Shown: positions 17,914-27,679, counted from the first letter of the stretch. The stretch: 32,000 nt of DNA from Dickeya dadantii NCPPB 898 (GCF_000406145.1 NZ_CM001976.1:1330729-1362728); one strand, 5' to 3'. Notes: a model not told the origin generated them from the sequence alone. Translations and numbers: made by a program.

Positions 17914-19383
17914 TCAGCGGTTTTCTATCAGGTAGCGGTAGCCGTCGCCGTCCGGTACGAAAGTCAGGCGGTGGGTGATGCAGTCCGGCGCGTCTTCCGC
18001 ATGGTGGGAGACGAACAGCAGTTGGGTTTGTCCCTGACCGATCAGAATATCCAGCCAGCGGCGGATAAGCTGACGGTTGAGCGGGTCTAATCCCTGCAAC
18101 GGCTCATCGAGGATGAGTAACGCCGGATGTTTCACCAGCGCGCGGACAATCAGCGCCAGCCGTTGCTGGCCCCAGGACAATGACTGGAACGGGGCGTCGG
18201 CCAAGCTGTCCGGCAGACCGAGCAACGCCAGCCACTGGGCGACCAGAAAACGCTGGCGGTCGGATACCGCCTGATAAATGCCGATGGAGTCGAAGAAGCC
18301 GGAGAGGATCACGTTGCGCAGGCTGGTGCTGACGCGGTACTCCAGATGCAGGCTGCTGCTGACGTAGCCGATGTGGCGCTTGATGTCCCAGATGGTTTCG
18401 CCGCTGCCGCGACGACGGCCAAACAGCGTCAGGTCGTTGCTGTAGCCCTGCGGGTGGTCGCCGGTGATCAGGCTAAGCAGGGTGGACTTGCCGGCGCCGT
18501 TCGGCCCGACGATTTGCCAGTGCTGGCCCGGCAGCACTTCCCAGCTCAAATCGTCCAGAATGCGGCGATCGTTGTAGCTCACCACGCCGTGCAGCAGACG
18601 AATGCGGGGCTGATCCGGCGGCAAGGTCGGGCGCTGGGTCGGGTCTTCCGCTTCCGGTAGCGCGGTATCGGCCAGGGTTTCGCTGTGCGCCAGTTGCGAC
18701 ACCAGTGCATCGGATAAAATCGCCTCGCGTGCGCCTTGCCGGGTCAGGGTACAATCCGCCAACACGCCGACCTGGCCGACAAACACCGGAATATCTTCAA
18801 AGCGGTTGAGAATCAGCACCAGTGTTTGCCCCTGCGCCGCCAGCGACGCCAGCAGGTCGGTCAACTGCGCGCGCGAGGCGACGTCCAGCCCGTCGAACGG
18901 TTCGTCGAGAATCAGCAGGTCCGGCTGCGCCATCAGCGCCTGACACAGCATGGTCTTGCGGGTTTCGCCGGTAGAGAGGTATTTGAAGCGCCGGTCCAGC
19001 AGAGGGAGGATGCCGAATTGCGTCGCCAACTGACGGCAGCTTTCGGCGTCGTGCACGCTGTCCTGAATCACTTCGGCGGTGGTGCGCCCGGTATCGTCCT
19101 CGTCGGCGCTCAGCATATCGGTGTTGTTGCGCTGCCACTCCAGCGACACCAACTGTTGCAGTTGTTCGAAGGAGAGGCGCGCCACGCGCTGGAAGTCGCA
19201 TTGGCGTTGCCCTGACAACAGCGGCAACTCGCCGGAGAGCGCGCGCGCCAGCGCCGATTTTCCGCTGCCGTTGGCGCCGACGAACGCCCAGCACTGCTCC
19301 TGGTGCATCGTGAGTTCATCCAGACGCATCATCCGGGTATCGCTTAACCGGAACTGTGCCTGATGGATGTGCAGCAATGACAT
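17914..19383 (-). CDS. modF: ABC-type ATPase ModF (two ATP-binding cassettes)
   Basis: MSLLHIHQAQFRLSDT... aligns with E. coli ModF. Two Walker A sites (GANGSGKS, GPNGAGKS) and LSTGE/LSWGQ signatures. The track start at 19413 is an extension. Confidence 0.93.
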   Translation of the reverse strand: MSLLHIHQAQFRLSDTRMMRLDELTMHQEQCWAFVGANGSGKSALARALSGELPLLSGQRQCDFQRVARLSFEQLQQLVSLEWQRNNTDMLSADEDDTGRTTAEVIQDSVHDAESCRQLATQFGILPLLDRRFKYLSTGETRKTMLCQALMAQPDLLILDEPFDGLDVASRAQLTDLLASLAAQGQTLVLILNRFEDIPVFVGQVGVLADCTLTRQGAREAILSDALVSQLAHSETLADTALPEAEDPTQRPTLPPDQPRIRLLHGVVSYNDRRILDDLSWEVLPGQHWQIVGPNGAGKSTLLSLITGDHPQGYSNDLTLFGRRRGSGETIWDIKRHIGYVSSSLHLEYRVSTSLRNVILSGFFDSIGIYQAVSDRQRFLVAQWLALLGLPDSLADAPFQSLSWGQQRLALIVRALVKHPALLILDEPLQGLDPLNRQLIRRWLDILIGQGQTQLLFVSHHAEDAPDCITHRLTFVPDGDGYRYLIENR

Positions 19384-19470
19384 GATGATTCCCTTTGCAA
19401 AATGACAGAACAACGTCTACGGGTAAAGGGAAGCGGCCGGCTTGTCAAGGTGCGTTGTGCCGTGTGCGCG

Positions 19471-20262
19471 TTAACACAGCGTGGCGATAATCACCCGGTC
19501 GGCGTTAAAGCTGGCGTAAACCGCCATCTCCGGCTGTAGCCCCTGTTGTGTTACGTCATCATTGGGCAGGGTGGCGCACACCACTTCGCCGCCTTCCAGC
19601 GTCACCAGTACTTCGCTTTGCGCCGTGCCGGGCTGCAGATGACTGATGCGGCCGGGCAGGACATTGTCGTGAGCGGGTGCCGCTGCGGTTTGCGGGGTAA
19701 CGGCGACCCAAGGCGCTTTAATTAGCGCCAGCACCTCTTTACCGCTGCTCAGTTGCAGCCGATCGGCGCTCTGCTGGGTCAGCGCGGCCTGAATGCGGGT
19801 ATGACCATCCGCCAGCAGGATAGATAGATGCTGCTGCACCTGCTGCTGGTCGCGCGCCAGTACGGTGCCGAAAAACTGGTTGCGGGCGCTGGTTTGCAGC
19901 GAAAAACGGGCGATCGCCGCCAGCAGGCTATCTAGCGGCAGGTTATCGTCTTGAAGTACATCGAAGGCTTTTTGCTGAATTTGTCCCAACAGGTCATACA
20001 ATTGCAGCAACCGTTCGCCATAACGTGTCAGCACTGCGCCGCCGCCGCCTTTGCCGCCGGTGGTGCGTTCAACGATGGTTTGCTCCGCCAACTGATTCAT
20101 CTCGTTAATCGCGTCCCAGGCGCTTTTGTAGCTGATGTCGGCCAGCCGGGCTCCCTGACTGATGGAGCCGGTCTGCTGCACTTGCTTGAGCAGCGCGATG
20201 CGACGCGGGTCGGCGAATAGCCGCTGCTGGAGTTTCAGGGTAAGGAGAATTTCTGCTTGCAT
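19471..20262 (-). CDS. modE: Molybdate-responsive transcriptional regulator ModE
   Basis: MQAEILLTLKLQQRLFADPRRIALLK... and GGKGGGGAVLTRYG, ending in IIATLC as in E. coli ModE. The track start at 20325 is an extension. Confidence 0.95.
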   Translation of the reverse strand: MQAEILLTLKLQQRLFADPRRIALLKQVQQTGSISQGARLADISYKSAWDAINEMNQLAEQTIVERTTGGKGGGGAVLTRYGERLLQLYDLLGQIQQKAFDVLQDDNLPLDSLLAAIARFSLQTSARNQFFGTVLARDQQQVQQHLSILLADGHTRIQAALTQQSADRLQLSSGKEVLALIKAPWVAVTPQTAAAPAHDNVLPGRISHLQPGTAQSEVLVTLEGGEVVCATLPNDDVTQQGLQPEMAVYASFNADRVIIATLC

Positions 20263-20459
20263 GATCACATCCGTATCTGGGTCGCTAATCGTTTGTATTG
20301 TCATCGTTTTGCGCGAAACAGGCAAACCGCACGAATGGCCGCTCTAATTCCGGCGATTCAGGTAAACTCATCGACAGTTATGGGGGTTAGCATAGTTTAC
20401 CCTGAATCAATGAGAGACTGGCGGCGCAACGGCCAGCTACGGTGAAAGACGAGGTCGAT

Positions 20460-20609
20460 ATGTTGGAATTGCTGAAAAGCCTGCTGTTTGCGGTGTGCAT
20501 GGTGCCGGTAATGATGGCGCTGATTCTGGGAGCCATTTATGGACTGGGCGAAGTCTTCAACCTGTTTTCCGCCATCGGTCATCGCGAGTCTTCAGTCGCG
20601 CGCAAATAA
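20460..20609 (+). CDS. acrZ: AcrAB-TolC accessory small membrane protein AcrZ (49 aa)
   Basis: Not in the ORF track (too short). Hand translation gives [50 protein letters not shown]. coli AcrZ is [38 protein letters not shown].... GAGG RBS. Conserved position between modE and modA. Confidence 0.9.
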   Translation: MLELLKSLLFAVCMVPVMMALILGAIYGLGEVFNLFSAIGHRESSVARK

Positions 20610-20637
20610 TCCCTTCCCTGATTTCCCTTTCTGATGA

Positions 20638-20662
20638 ATCCGGCATTTGCCGGATTTTTTTT
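20638..20662 (+). terminator. Rho-independent terminator after acrZ
   Basis: ATCCGGCATTTGCCGGAT followed by an 8-T run. Confidence 0.8.
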
Positions 20663-20693
20663 GCTTAAGACTTTTTTTGCTTAAGAAAGAACA

Positions 20694-20722
20694 ATGACAA
20701 GGCGGCCAGAATTCGGTATTTA
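20694..20722 (+). promoter_or_regulatory. Candidate modA promoter (ATGACA-17-TATTTA)
   Basis: Hexamers have a 17-nt spacer and sit immediately upstream of the ModE operator, as at E. coli modA. Confidence 0.45.
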
Positions 20723-20723
20723 T

Positions 20724-20747
20724 CGTTATGTTACTAACTACACAACG
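20724..20747 (+). promoter_or_regulatory. ModE operator (CGTTATGTTACTAACTACACAACG)
   Basis: Closely parallels the E. coli modA operator CGTTATATTGTCGCCTACATAACG as recalled. It lies 19 nt upstream of the modA ATG. Confidence 0.6.
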
Positions 20748-20765
20748 AAAACCTCGGGAGACAAA

Positions 20766-21551
20766 ATGAAACAGCAATGGACTTACTGGCTGACCGCCGC
20801 CGCGTTAACGCTGGGTATGAGCGCGAATACGGCGCTGGCGCAGGACAAGGTAACCGTGTTTGCCGCTGCCTCGCTGACCAATGCGTTGCAGGATATCGCC
20901 GCGCAATACCAAAAAGAAAAACAGGTTTCCATCGTGGCGTCTTACGCCTCGTCGTCGACGCTGGCGCGTCAGATTGAACAAGGGGCGCCTGCCGACCTGT
21001 TTATCTCGGCGGATCAGCAGTGGATGGATTATGCCCAGGGTAAGCAACTGACCGAAAACGACACCCGTTACACCCTGCTGGGGAATCAACTGGTGGTGAT
21101 TGCGCCCAAGTCTGCCGAGACCAAAGGGTTCAAGATCGACGATAAAACCGACTGGAAAGGCCTGCTGAAAGGCGGACGTCTGTCGGTAGGCGACCCGGAT
21201 CACGTGCCGGCCGGTATCTACGCCAAAGAGGCGCTGCAAAAACTGAATGCCTGGGACACGCTGTCGCCGCTGATGGCTCGCGCCAATGACGTGCGTGCCG
21301 CCATGGTGCTGGTAGAACGTGAAGAAGCGCCGCTGGGGATTGTTTACGGGTCGGACGCGGTCGCCAGCACCAAAGTGAAAGTGGTCGGCATTTTCCCGGA
21401 CAATACCCACAAACCGGTGGAATACCCGATGGCTATCGTCAAAGGGCACAACACCCCGGCGGTTAAAGCCTTCTTTGATTACCTGAAAACGCCTCAGGCG
21501 GCGGTAGTGTTTAAACAATACGGATTCACGCCGGTTAATGCTGCTCAGTGA
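20766..21551 (+). CDS. modA: Molybdate ABC transporter periplasmic binding protein
   Basis: Signal peptide MKQQWTYWLTAAALTLGMSANTALA, then VFAAASLTNAL and GDPDHVPAGIYAKEAL motifs. The track start at 20694 is an extension. Confidence 0.95.
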   Translation: MKQQWTYWLTAAALTLGMSANTALAQDKVTVFAAASLTNALQDIAAQYQKEKQVSIVASYASSSTLARQIEQGAPADLFISADQQWMDYAQGKQLTENDTRYTLLGNQLVVIAPKSAETKGFKIDDKTDWKGLLKGGRLSVGDPDHVPAGIYAKEALQKLNAWDTLSPLMARANDVRAAMVLVEREEAPLGIVYGSDAVASTKVKVVGIFPDNTHKPVEYPMAIVKGHNTPAVKAFFDYLKTPQAAVVFKQYGFTPVNAAQ

Positions 21552-22227
21552 TTACGAATGGCAGGCGGTATCGCTGAGCCTTAAGGTATCGCTGGTGGCG
21601 GTCAGTTGTAGTTTGCCGGTGGGCATTCTGGCCGCCTGGGTGCTGGCGCGTTGCCGTTTTGTCGGCAAATCGCTGCTGGACAGCGTGATCCACCTGCCGC
21701 TGGTGCTGCCGCCGGTGGTGATCGGCTATCTGTTGCTGATCATCATGGGGCGCAAAGGCGTGGTCGGCAGTTGGCTCTATAACTGGTTCGGTTTCAGCTT
21801 CAGTTTCAGCTGGCATGGCGCGGCGCTGGCCTCGGCGGTGGTGGCGTTCCCGCTGATGGTGCGCGCTATCCGGCTGGCGCTGGAGGCGGTGGATACCCGG
21901 CTGGAGCTGGCGGCGCGCACGCTTGGCGCCGGTCGCTGGCGGGTGTTTTTCACCATCACGCTGCCGCTGACGCTGCCCGGCATCATTGTCGGCACCGTGC
22001 TGGCGTTTGCCCGCTCGCTGGGGGAGTTCGGCGCCACCATCACCTTTGTTTCCAACATTCCGGGGGAAACCCGCACCATTCCGAATGCCATGTATACGCT
22101 GATTGAAACGCCGGGCGCGGAAATGCAGGCCGCCCGGTTGTGCATCATCGCCATCGCGCTGTCGCTGGTGTCATTGTTGTTGTCGGAATGGCTCACGCGC
22201 TGGAGCCGCAAGCGGCTGGGGGGATAA
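21538..22227 (+). CDS. modB: Molybdate ABC transporter permease
   Basis: 229 aa. [57 protein letters not shown] is identical to the E. coli ModB stretch as recalled. Confidence 0.96.
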   Translation: MLLSDYEWQAVSLSLKVSLVAVSCSLPVGILAAWVLARCRFVGKSLLDSVIHLPLVLPPVVIGYLLLIIMGRKGVVGSWLYNWFGFSFSFSWHGAALASAVVAFPLMVRAIRLALEAVDTRLELAARTLGAGRWRVFFTITLPLTLPGIIVGTVLAFARSLGEFGATITFVSNIPGETRTIPNAMYTLIETPGAEMQAARLCIIAIALSLVSLLLSEWLTRWSRKRLGG

Positions 22228-23285
22228 TGCTGCAACTGGATTTTACTCAGCAACTGGGCGACCTGACGCTCAACATCGCCACCCAGCTTCCCGCCAGCGG
22301 GATTACCGCGGTGTTTGGGGTATCCGGCGCCGGCAAAACCTCGCTGATCAACGCCATCGTGGGCCTGACCCGGCCGGATAAAGGACGGATTCAGCTCAAC
22401 GACCGGGTGCTGTCCGACCGCGAGCGGGGAGTGTTTCTGCCGCCGGAAAAACGCCGCATCGGCTACGTTTTTCAGGATGCGCGGCTCTTCCCGCACTACC
22501 GGGTGTTGGGGAATCTGCGTTACGGCATGGCGGCGCAGATGCAGACGCAGTTCGACGATATCGTGCAGTTGCTCGGCATCGGGCATTTGCTCAAGCGTTA
22601 TCCGCTCACCTTGTCCGGCGGCGAAAAACAGCGGGTGGCGATTGGCCGCGCGCTGCTGACCGCGCCGGAATTGCTGCTGATGGACGAACCGCTGGCGTCG
22701 CTGGATGTGCCGCGCAAGCGCGAACTGCTGCCCTATCTGGAGCGGCTGGCCCGCGAGGTCAACACGCCGATTTTGTATGTCAGCCACAGCCTGGAAGAGG
22801 TACTGCGACTGGCGGACAAGGTGCTGGTGCTGGACAAAGGGCAGGTCAAGGCCCAGGGTTCGCTGGAAGAGGTGTGGGCCAGCAACGCGCTGCGGGCCTG
22901 GCTGCCGCGAGAAGAACAGAGCAGCATCCTGAAGGTGACGGTGATGGAGCACCATCCCCACTACGCCATGACCGCGCTGTCGCTGGGCGAACAGCCTCTG
23001 TGGGTCGGGCGCGTTGACGCGCCGCTTGCCTCGACGTTGCGCATCCGCATCAATGCGGCGGATGTGTCGCTGGTAACGCAGCGCCCGGCGGCGAGCAGCA
23101 TTCGCAATGTGCTGTCGGCCAGCGTGGTGGAATGCCTTGAGGTAGGCGAGCAGGTTGAAGTCAAACTGGATATCGGCGGGCAGATCCTGTGGGCGCGTAT
23201 CACTCCCTGGGCGCGGGACGAACTGGCGCTGACTTCCGGGCAGCGTCTGTATGCTCAGGTTAAGAGCGTTTCGATTACGGCTTAG
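22227..23285 (+). CDS. modC: Molybdate ABC transporter ATP-binding protein
   Basis: [13 protein letters not shown]... [30 protein letters not shown], ending in KSVSITA. TAATG overlap with modB. The track start at 22140 is an extension. Confidence 0.96.
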   Translation: MLQLDFTQQLGDLTLNIATQLPASGITAVFGVSGAGKTSLINAIVGLTRPDKGRIQLNDRVLSDRERGVFLPPEKRRIGYVFQDARLFPHYRVLGNLRYGMAAQMQTQFDDIVQLLGIGHLLKRYPLTLSGGEKQRVAIGRALLTAPELLLMDEPLASLDVPRKRELLPYLERLAREVNTPILYVSHSLEEVLRLADKVLVLDKGQVKAQGSLEEVWASNALRAWLPREEQSSILKVTVMEHHPHYAMTALSLGEQPLWVGRVDAPLASTLRIRINAADVSLVTQRPAASSIRNVLSASVVECLEVGEQVEVKLDIGGQILWARITPWARDELALTSGQRLYAQVKSVSITA

Positions 23286-23325
23286 GTTTCGTCGTGCAGA
23301 TGTGTGGTTTGATTGTGGCGTAGCA

Positions 23326-25197
23326 TCAGGGGTTGCCGGGTGTTTGTGGCATACCGGCTCGGGCGACGGAAGGTACGCCTGCAAATACGGCAACCACCGG
23401 TGTGCCGGTTCCCGTCATGTAATTATAAACCCCGTGTAACGGGGCATAATGAGTGACCACACCGTTATATCCAGGAATATCATGATGAAAAGCCTGGGGA
23501 TCGGTTGCTGCGAGACGGTAAATGTAGTGGTTGATATTACCCTGTCGACCTTGCAATTCCACCCGTAGCGCCACTGCGCTGGCGAACTCGGGCGCGGCGA
23601 GGCTGGTGCCGTGCAAAACCCCCAGATTGCCGATGCTGTAGACGTATATAGCGCTACGGTCGGTATTGCCATGCCCATTGAGTGAGTCGTTTCCGCCGTT
23701 ACATGGCTTTATCGCCGCAGGTGGACACCCGCCGGCATGCATGCCGATATCCGGTACGGCGCGCATCGCCTGCGTGCCGCCGCCCAGCAACGCGCGTTGG
23801 TAATCCGGTCGTGGATAAAGGGTGCTAAGCCCGCCGCCGGCGCCAAAATACCCTCCCGACAGCGTTGCGCCATTGCCAAAATAATCGGCGCGTCTGATGG
23901 GGTCCGCATAGCTGTTTTCTTGCAGGTACGTTTCATCCCGCGGGCCGGCGGCGTGAGTGGTTGTCAGGTTGGTTCCGCCAACCCCGGTGACCCAGGGGCT
24001 GATGGCTGGCCATTCTACGCTGGGGATAAACCTGCCTTTGCGGCCTTGGGTGGCGTTGTTTTTATCCGGGCAGGCCCGGCCGGCGTTATCGCCGGATGCG
24101 GCGACGAAGGTGATTCCCTGAGCGTTACCCTGACGGAAGACGGCATCGTATTGCTGAAGTATTTTCATGTACCGGTCACTACCGTTGTTGTAGGACGGGA
24201 CATAAAACAATTCGCAGTCGCCAAAAGAGGAACTGACGATATCAGCCAGGTTATCCCTGACAATTTGCTGATAACTTGCCAGAATCGTGTCGTCATCCAT
24301 ATTGGGCATCACATACAGGATCAATCGAGCGCCGGGTGCGCCACCCAGCGCCATTTCTACATCTGCCGCCGCTTCGAACGCTGATTTGTCTTTTATTTCT
24401 TCCCGGCTAACGCCTGGTTGCGCGCCGTATACAAACCGGCGCGTATACACTCGGGGATTGTGCGCTGTTCCCGCATGAGCGGAAAAATTCTGCAGTGAAA
24501 AGTAGGCATCAATATCGGTATCCAGGACATCGCTGGCAGCCAGTATGGCGATCGTCGTACCGCTGCCATCCAGTCTGCGTGTCGTACCATTTCGGCTAAT
24601 CATGGTCTGATAAGACGGATAGCCGTAGGCCTGCTTTAGGTCGTTATACCAATAGATATGTTGCGCGGAATGCGCCTTTGAAGACGAAGGATCGATGACG
24701 ATATTCAGGCGCTTCGGCCAGCGGTCGGGGTTCAAGCCGATGATAATGGCACCCACCTGACGTAATTCGTCTGGCAGCGACGGTTCCCAGTTCTCCGGCA
24801 TGCTGAGCCTTTTCACGCCTGCGCGGGATATGTGTATGGGTACACCGAAAACTCTGGCCGCATCAGCGACTCTGGCTATGATGTGCAGGTCGTTTCCCTG
24901 TTGATTAACCTGCATGTTCTGGCGCTTTAGCATTTCGGTCACGCGTGCTACGGCCTGAACTGACGGGCCGAAGCGACGGTCGAATTCATTCGGACTCAGC
25001 CAGTGGTGGTAAAGCGGCGATTGCGGGTCATGCTGTTGTTTAAGCAGGGCGTCAAGTTGATCGTTATTCTGCGGTGGCAGCAAGACATCAAATGACAGGG
25101 TGTCCGTAACGGAGGAAGGCCACTGTGGTTGTTGAGCATGGGTGGAATGAAGCATTGCTGCAATCAGCAGGGCTGCGAACACGGTCTGTTTTACCAC
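23326..25197 (-). CDS. Secreted S53 family serine-carboxyl peptidase (sedolisin/kumamolisin-like) with pro-domain
   Basis: GTG start after AAGGAGAGG. Signal peptide ...HSTHA-QQ. Pro-kumamolisin-like N-domain (LSPNEFDRRFGPS). Catalytic motifs FEAAADVEMALGGAPGA (Glu/Asp), FVAASGDNAG (oxyanion Asp) and HGTSLAAPEFA (Ser). Ca-site-like HHDIPGYNG. Confidence 0.85.
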   Translation of the reverse strand: MVKQTVFAALLIAAMLHSTHAQQPQWPSSVTDTLSFDVLLPPQNNDQLDALLKQQHDPQSPLYHHWLSPNEFDRRFGPSVQAVARVTEMLKRQNMQVNQQGNDLHIIARVADAARVFGVPIHISRAGVKRLSMPENWEPSLPDELRQVGAIIIGLNPDRWPKRLNIVIDPSSSKAHSAQHIYWYNDLKQAYGYPSYQTMISRNGTTRRLDGSGTTIAILAASDVLDTDIDAYFSLQNFSAHAGTAHNPRVYTRRFVYGAQPGVSREEIKDKSAFEAAADVEMALGGAPGARLILYVMPNMDDDTILASYQQIVRDNLADIVSSSFGDCELFYVPSYNNGSDRYMKILQQYDAVFRQGNAQGITFVAASGDNAGRACPDKNNATQGRKGRFIPSVEWPAISPWVTGVGGTNLTTTHAAGPRDETYLQENSYADPIRRADYFGNGATLSGGYFGAGGGLSTLYPRPDYQRALLGGGTQAMRAVPDIGMHAGGCPPAAIKPCNGGNDSLNGHGNTDRSAIYVYSIGNLGVLHGTSLAAPEFASAVALRVELQGRQGNINHYIYRLAATDPQAFHHDIPGYNGVVTHYAPLHGVYNYMTGTGTPVVAVFAGVPSVARAGMPQTPGNP

Positions 25198-25535
25198 GTC
25201 CTCTCCTTGTCATCGTAATGCTGAGCACGTAACCAAAACGACGGCGTTGACGTGAGCTCATGGACGTGATCCTGCGCCGCACCGGATTAGCGGAGGGTGT
25301 GCAGATACAATTTAATGAAATAATAAAATACCGAAATTAATTTTTAATGACATTCATCGGGGCGAGGAAACATAAGATGGGTTATCGATTAACTGATTAT
25401 TTTTTATAGAATTAATGTAGTTAGGCTCTGTCGGCCATGGAAATAACAGACGATTCCGAAGGCTTTGCCTGACAGACTAAAATCATAGCGGCGAGTTGTT
25501 ATGACAGAAAGCTACCACACAGTAACAAGCTATCA

Positions 25536-25573
25536 CACAACAGCAAGCCGGATGTTCCTGGCTCGCTGTTGTG
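25536..25573 (-). terminator. Long hairpin downstream of ybhA (14-bp stem including one G-U, 10-nt loop)
   Basis: CACAACAGCGAGCC-N10-GGCUUGCUGUUGUG on the minus-strand RNA, 38 nt after the ybhA stop. No clean U-run follows. Confidence 0.5.
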
Positions 25574-25610
25574 GATAGATACGACCCGCATCGACGGGAT
25601 GTAGGGTGGT

Positions 25611-26432
25611 TCAGGCCAGCACCCGGCTGCGAATCACCTCGGCGATGCCGGGTTGCTCGTTATGACCAATCACCAAATCGGCGTGCGCTTTCACGTCGTC
25701 GGCGCTGTTGCCCATCGCCACGCCCAGCCCGACGGTTGACAACATGCTGATGTCATTGAAATTGTCGCCGAACGCCACCACCTCGTTCATGCTGTACCCT
25801 TGCGATTCTACCCAACGTTGCAGCAGGCGGCCCTTGCTGTTGCCGGTCTGGGCGATATCCACCTGATCCATCCACGACCATTCGCAGGCCAGACCCAGTT
25901 CCTGTTCAACCAGTTGGGCGAAGTCGTTCAGCGCGGCGGTATCGGTGTGATGGGTGGCGAATTTCCAGATCGAACGGGCGTGCTCGGTGGCGGCCAGCAG
26001 GTCGTCCACCTGGCGAAATACCGGGCGCTGCGATTCGGGCAGATTTTCCGCCCAGACCTGAGTGCGGGTAATGTGGCCGGTAATGTGCTGGTAGAACATG
26101 GCGTCGTCCGCGTACATCAGGCCGTGGATGGCAAACTGCTGCAACCGTTGCAACACGCTTTTGGCTTGCGCCGGTGTGAGCGGGTTGGCTTCGGTGGTTT
26201 GCCCGGTCTGGTAGTCGTACAGATAGGTGCCGTTGCAGCAGATCGCCGGAGTGTCCAGCGCCAGCGCCTGATAGAACGGATGGATCGCCGAATGGTGGCG
26301 ACCGGTCACGATGATGACCTTGATGCCCGCCTGTCTGGCCTGCGCCAGCGCTTGTAACGATTCCGGCAGAATGGTTTTCTTTTGCGTTAACAGCGTGCCG
26401 TCCAGATCGAGGGCAATGATGCGATAGGTCAT
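25611..26432 (-). CDS. ybhA: HAD-family (Cof-type) pyridoxal phosphate/sugar phosphatase YbhA
   Basis: IALDLDGTLL, IIVTGRHHSAIHPFYQALALDTPAICCNGTYLYDY and AFGDNFNDISML are colinear with E. coli YbhA. Confidence 0.93.
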   Translation of the reverse strand: MTYRIIALDLDGTLLTQKKTILPESLQALAQARQAGIKVIIVTGRHHSAIHPFYQALALDTPAICCNGTYLYDYQTGQTTEANPLTPAQAKSVLQRLQQFAIHGLMYADDAMFYQHITGHITRTQVWAENLPESQRPVFRQVDDLLAATEHARSIWKFATHHTDTAALNDFAQLVEQELGLACEWSWMDQVDIAQTGNSKGRLLQRWVESQGYSMNEVVAFGDNFNDISMLSTVGLGVAMGNSADDVKAHADLVIGHNEQPGIAEVIRSRVLA

Positions 26433-26629
26433 GGTATTCTCATCGGGTTATCGGGTTCACTTCTTCCCGATGGTACACTGTCAGCCGCCCGGATCAACAG
26501 GCCCTTTTTCCGTGCCGGCTCTCATGCGAAAGTCGCCAATGTGAGCGTCGGCACCGATAAACGAGAGCATAGCCTGAGCGTAACGAGGCGCGCGCCTGCC
26601 GCCTCATTAAGGCCAACAAGGAGAATCGA

Positions 26630-27625
26630 ATGCAGCAAGTGGTTTATATCGCCAGCCCGGAAAGCCAGCAGATCCATGTCTGGCAACTCTCTTCCAGCGG
26701 GGAACTGAGTCTGTTACAGGTGGTGGACGTGCCGGGGCAGGTACAGCCGATGGTCATCGCGCCGGATCAGCGCCACCTGTATGTCGGCGTACGCCCTGAG
26801 TTCCGCGTGATCAGCTATGGTATTGACGCTCAGGGGAAACTGAACGAAGCCGGCGTAGCGCCGCTGCCGGGCAGCCCGACGCACCTGTCTACCGATCAGA
26901 CCGGGCGTTTCCTGTTTAGCGCGTCTTACAGCAACGCCTGCGTCAGCGTCAGCCCGATTGGCGATGACGGCGTGGCGCAGGCGCCGATCCAGCAACTGGA
27001 CGGGCTGGAAGGCTGCCACTCCACCAATATCGACCCGGCTAACCGCGTACTGTGGGCGCCATGCCTGAAAGAAGACCGTATCCGGCTGTACGATGTCGGC
27101 AGCGATGGCCGCCTGGCCGCTCATCAGCCTGCCGAGCAGCGTGCGGCTGCCGGCGCCGGTCCGCGTCACATGGCGTACCATCCGAATCACCGTTTTGCTT
27201 ACTGCATCAACGAACTGAACAGTTCGGTGGATGTGTTCGAACTGGACGCTCAGGGCGAAGGCCGTCGAATCCAGACGCTGAATGCCATGCCGGCCGATTT
27301 CACCGGCACCTGCTGGGCGGCGGATATCCACATCACGCCGGATGGCCGCCACCTGTACACCACCGACCGTACCGCCAGCCTGCTGAGTATTTTCCAGGTG
27401 TCGGCGCAGGACGGCACGCTGACGCTGGCTGGTCACCAGCCGACGGAAACCCAGCCGCGCGGCTTCAATATCGACCACCGCGGCCAGTTCCTGATCGCCG
27501 CCGGTCAGAAATCCCATCATATCGAGGTCTATCGTATCCAGCCGGATAACGGCGGCCTGACGCCGCTGGCTCGCTATCCGGTCGGTCAGGGACCGATGTG
27601 GGTGTCGGTGCTGGCGCTGGATTGA
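26630..27625 (+). CDS. pgl: 6-phosphogluconolactonase
   Basis: [38 protein letters not shown] and GQKSHHI are colinear with E. coli Pgl (YbhE). AAGGAG RBS. Confidence 0.95.
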   Translation: MQQVVYIASPESQQIHVWQLSSSGELSLLQVVDVPGQVQPMVIAPDQRHLYVGVRPEFRVISYGIDAQGKLNEAGVAPLPGSPTHLSTDQTGRFLFSASYSNACVSVSPIGDDGVAQAPIQQLDGLEGCHSTNIDPANRVLWAPCLKEDRIRLYDVGSDGRLAAHQPAEQRAAAGAGPRHMAYHPNHRFAYCINELNSSVDVFELDAQGEGRRIQTLNAMPADFTGTCWAADIHITPDGRHLYTTDRTASLLSIFQVSAQDGTLTLAGHQPTETQPRGFNIDHRGQFLIAAGQKSHHIEVYRIQPDNGGLTPLARYPVGQGPMWVSVLALD

Positions 27626-27655
27626 TAACGGAGACAGGCAGATAACCGAGAAGTC

Positions 27656-27679
27656 ACGCGCTGCGCTACCGCAGCGCGT
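27656..27679. terminator. Perfect 10-bp hairpin between convergent pgl and the LVIVD gene (ACGCGCTGCG-CTAC-CGCAGCGCGT)
   Basis: GC-rich stem with a tetraloop. U-tracts are weak on both strands. Confidence 0.5.

Noticed and set aside
20397-20582. 61-aa ORF antisense to acrZ
   Set aside because: The plus-strand acrZ reading frame is conserved with E. coli. The antisense frame has no support.
21777-23393. 538-aa ORF antisense to modB/modC, the longest non-annotated ORF in the track
   Set aside because: It lies entirely opposite two well-supported, E. coli-colinear genes. Its product is Arg/Gln/His/Pro-rich and low-complexity with no recognisable motifs. Long stop-free antisense frames are expected in GC-rich genes with strong codon bias.
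25088-25282. 64-aa minus-strand ORF overlapping the S53 peptidase start
   Set aside because: It is in a different frame from the peptidase and highly basic (RRR-rich). The strong RBS AAGGAGAGG serves the GTG at 25197, and the in-frame upstream codon TGA blocks any longer peptidase start.
25501-25578. 25-codon plus-strand ORF (MTESYHTVTSYHTTASRMFLARCCG) in the AT-rich spacer
   Set aside because: It has no RBS and no downstream plus-strand gene to regulate. Its 3' half is simply one arm of the ybhA terminator hairpin.
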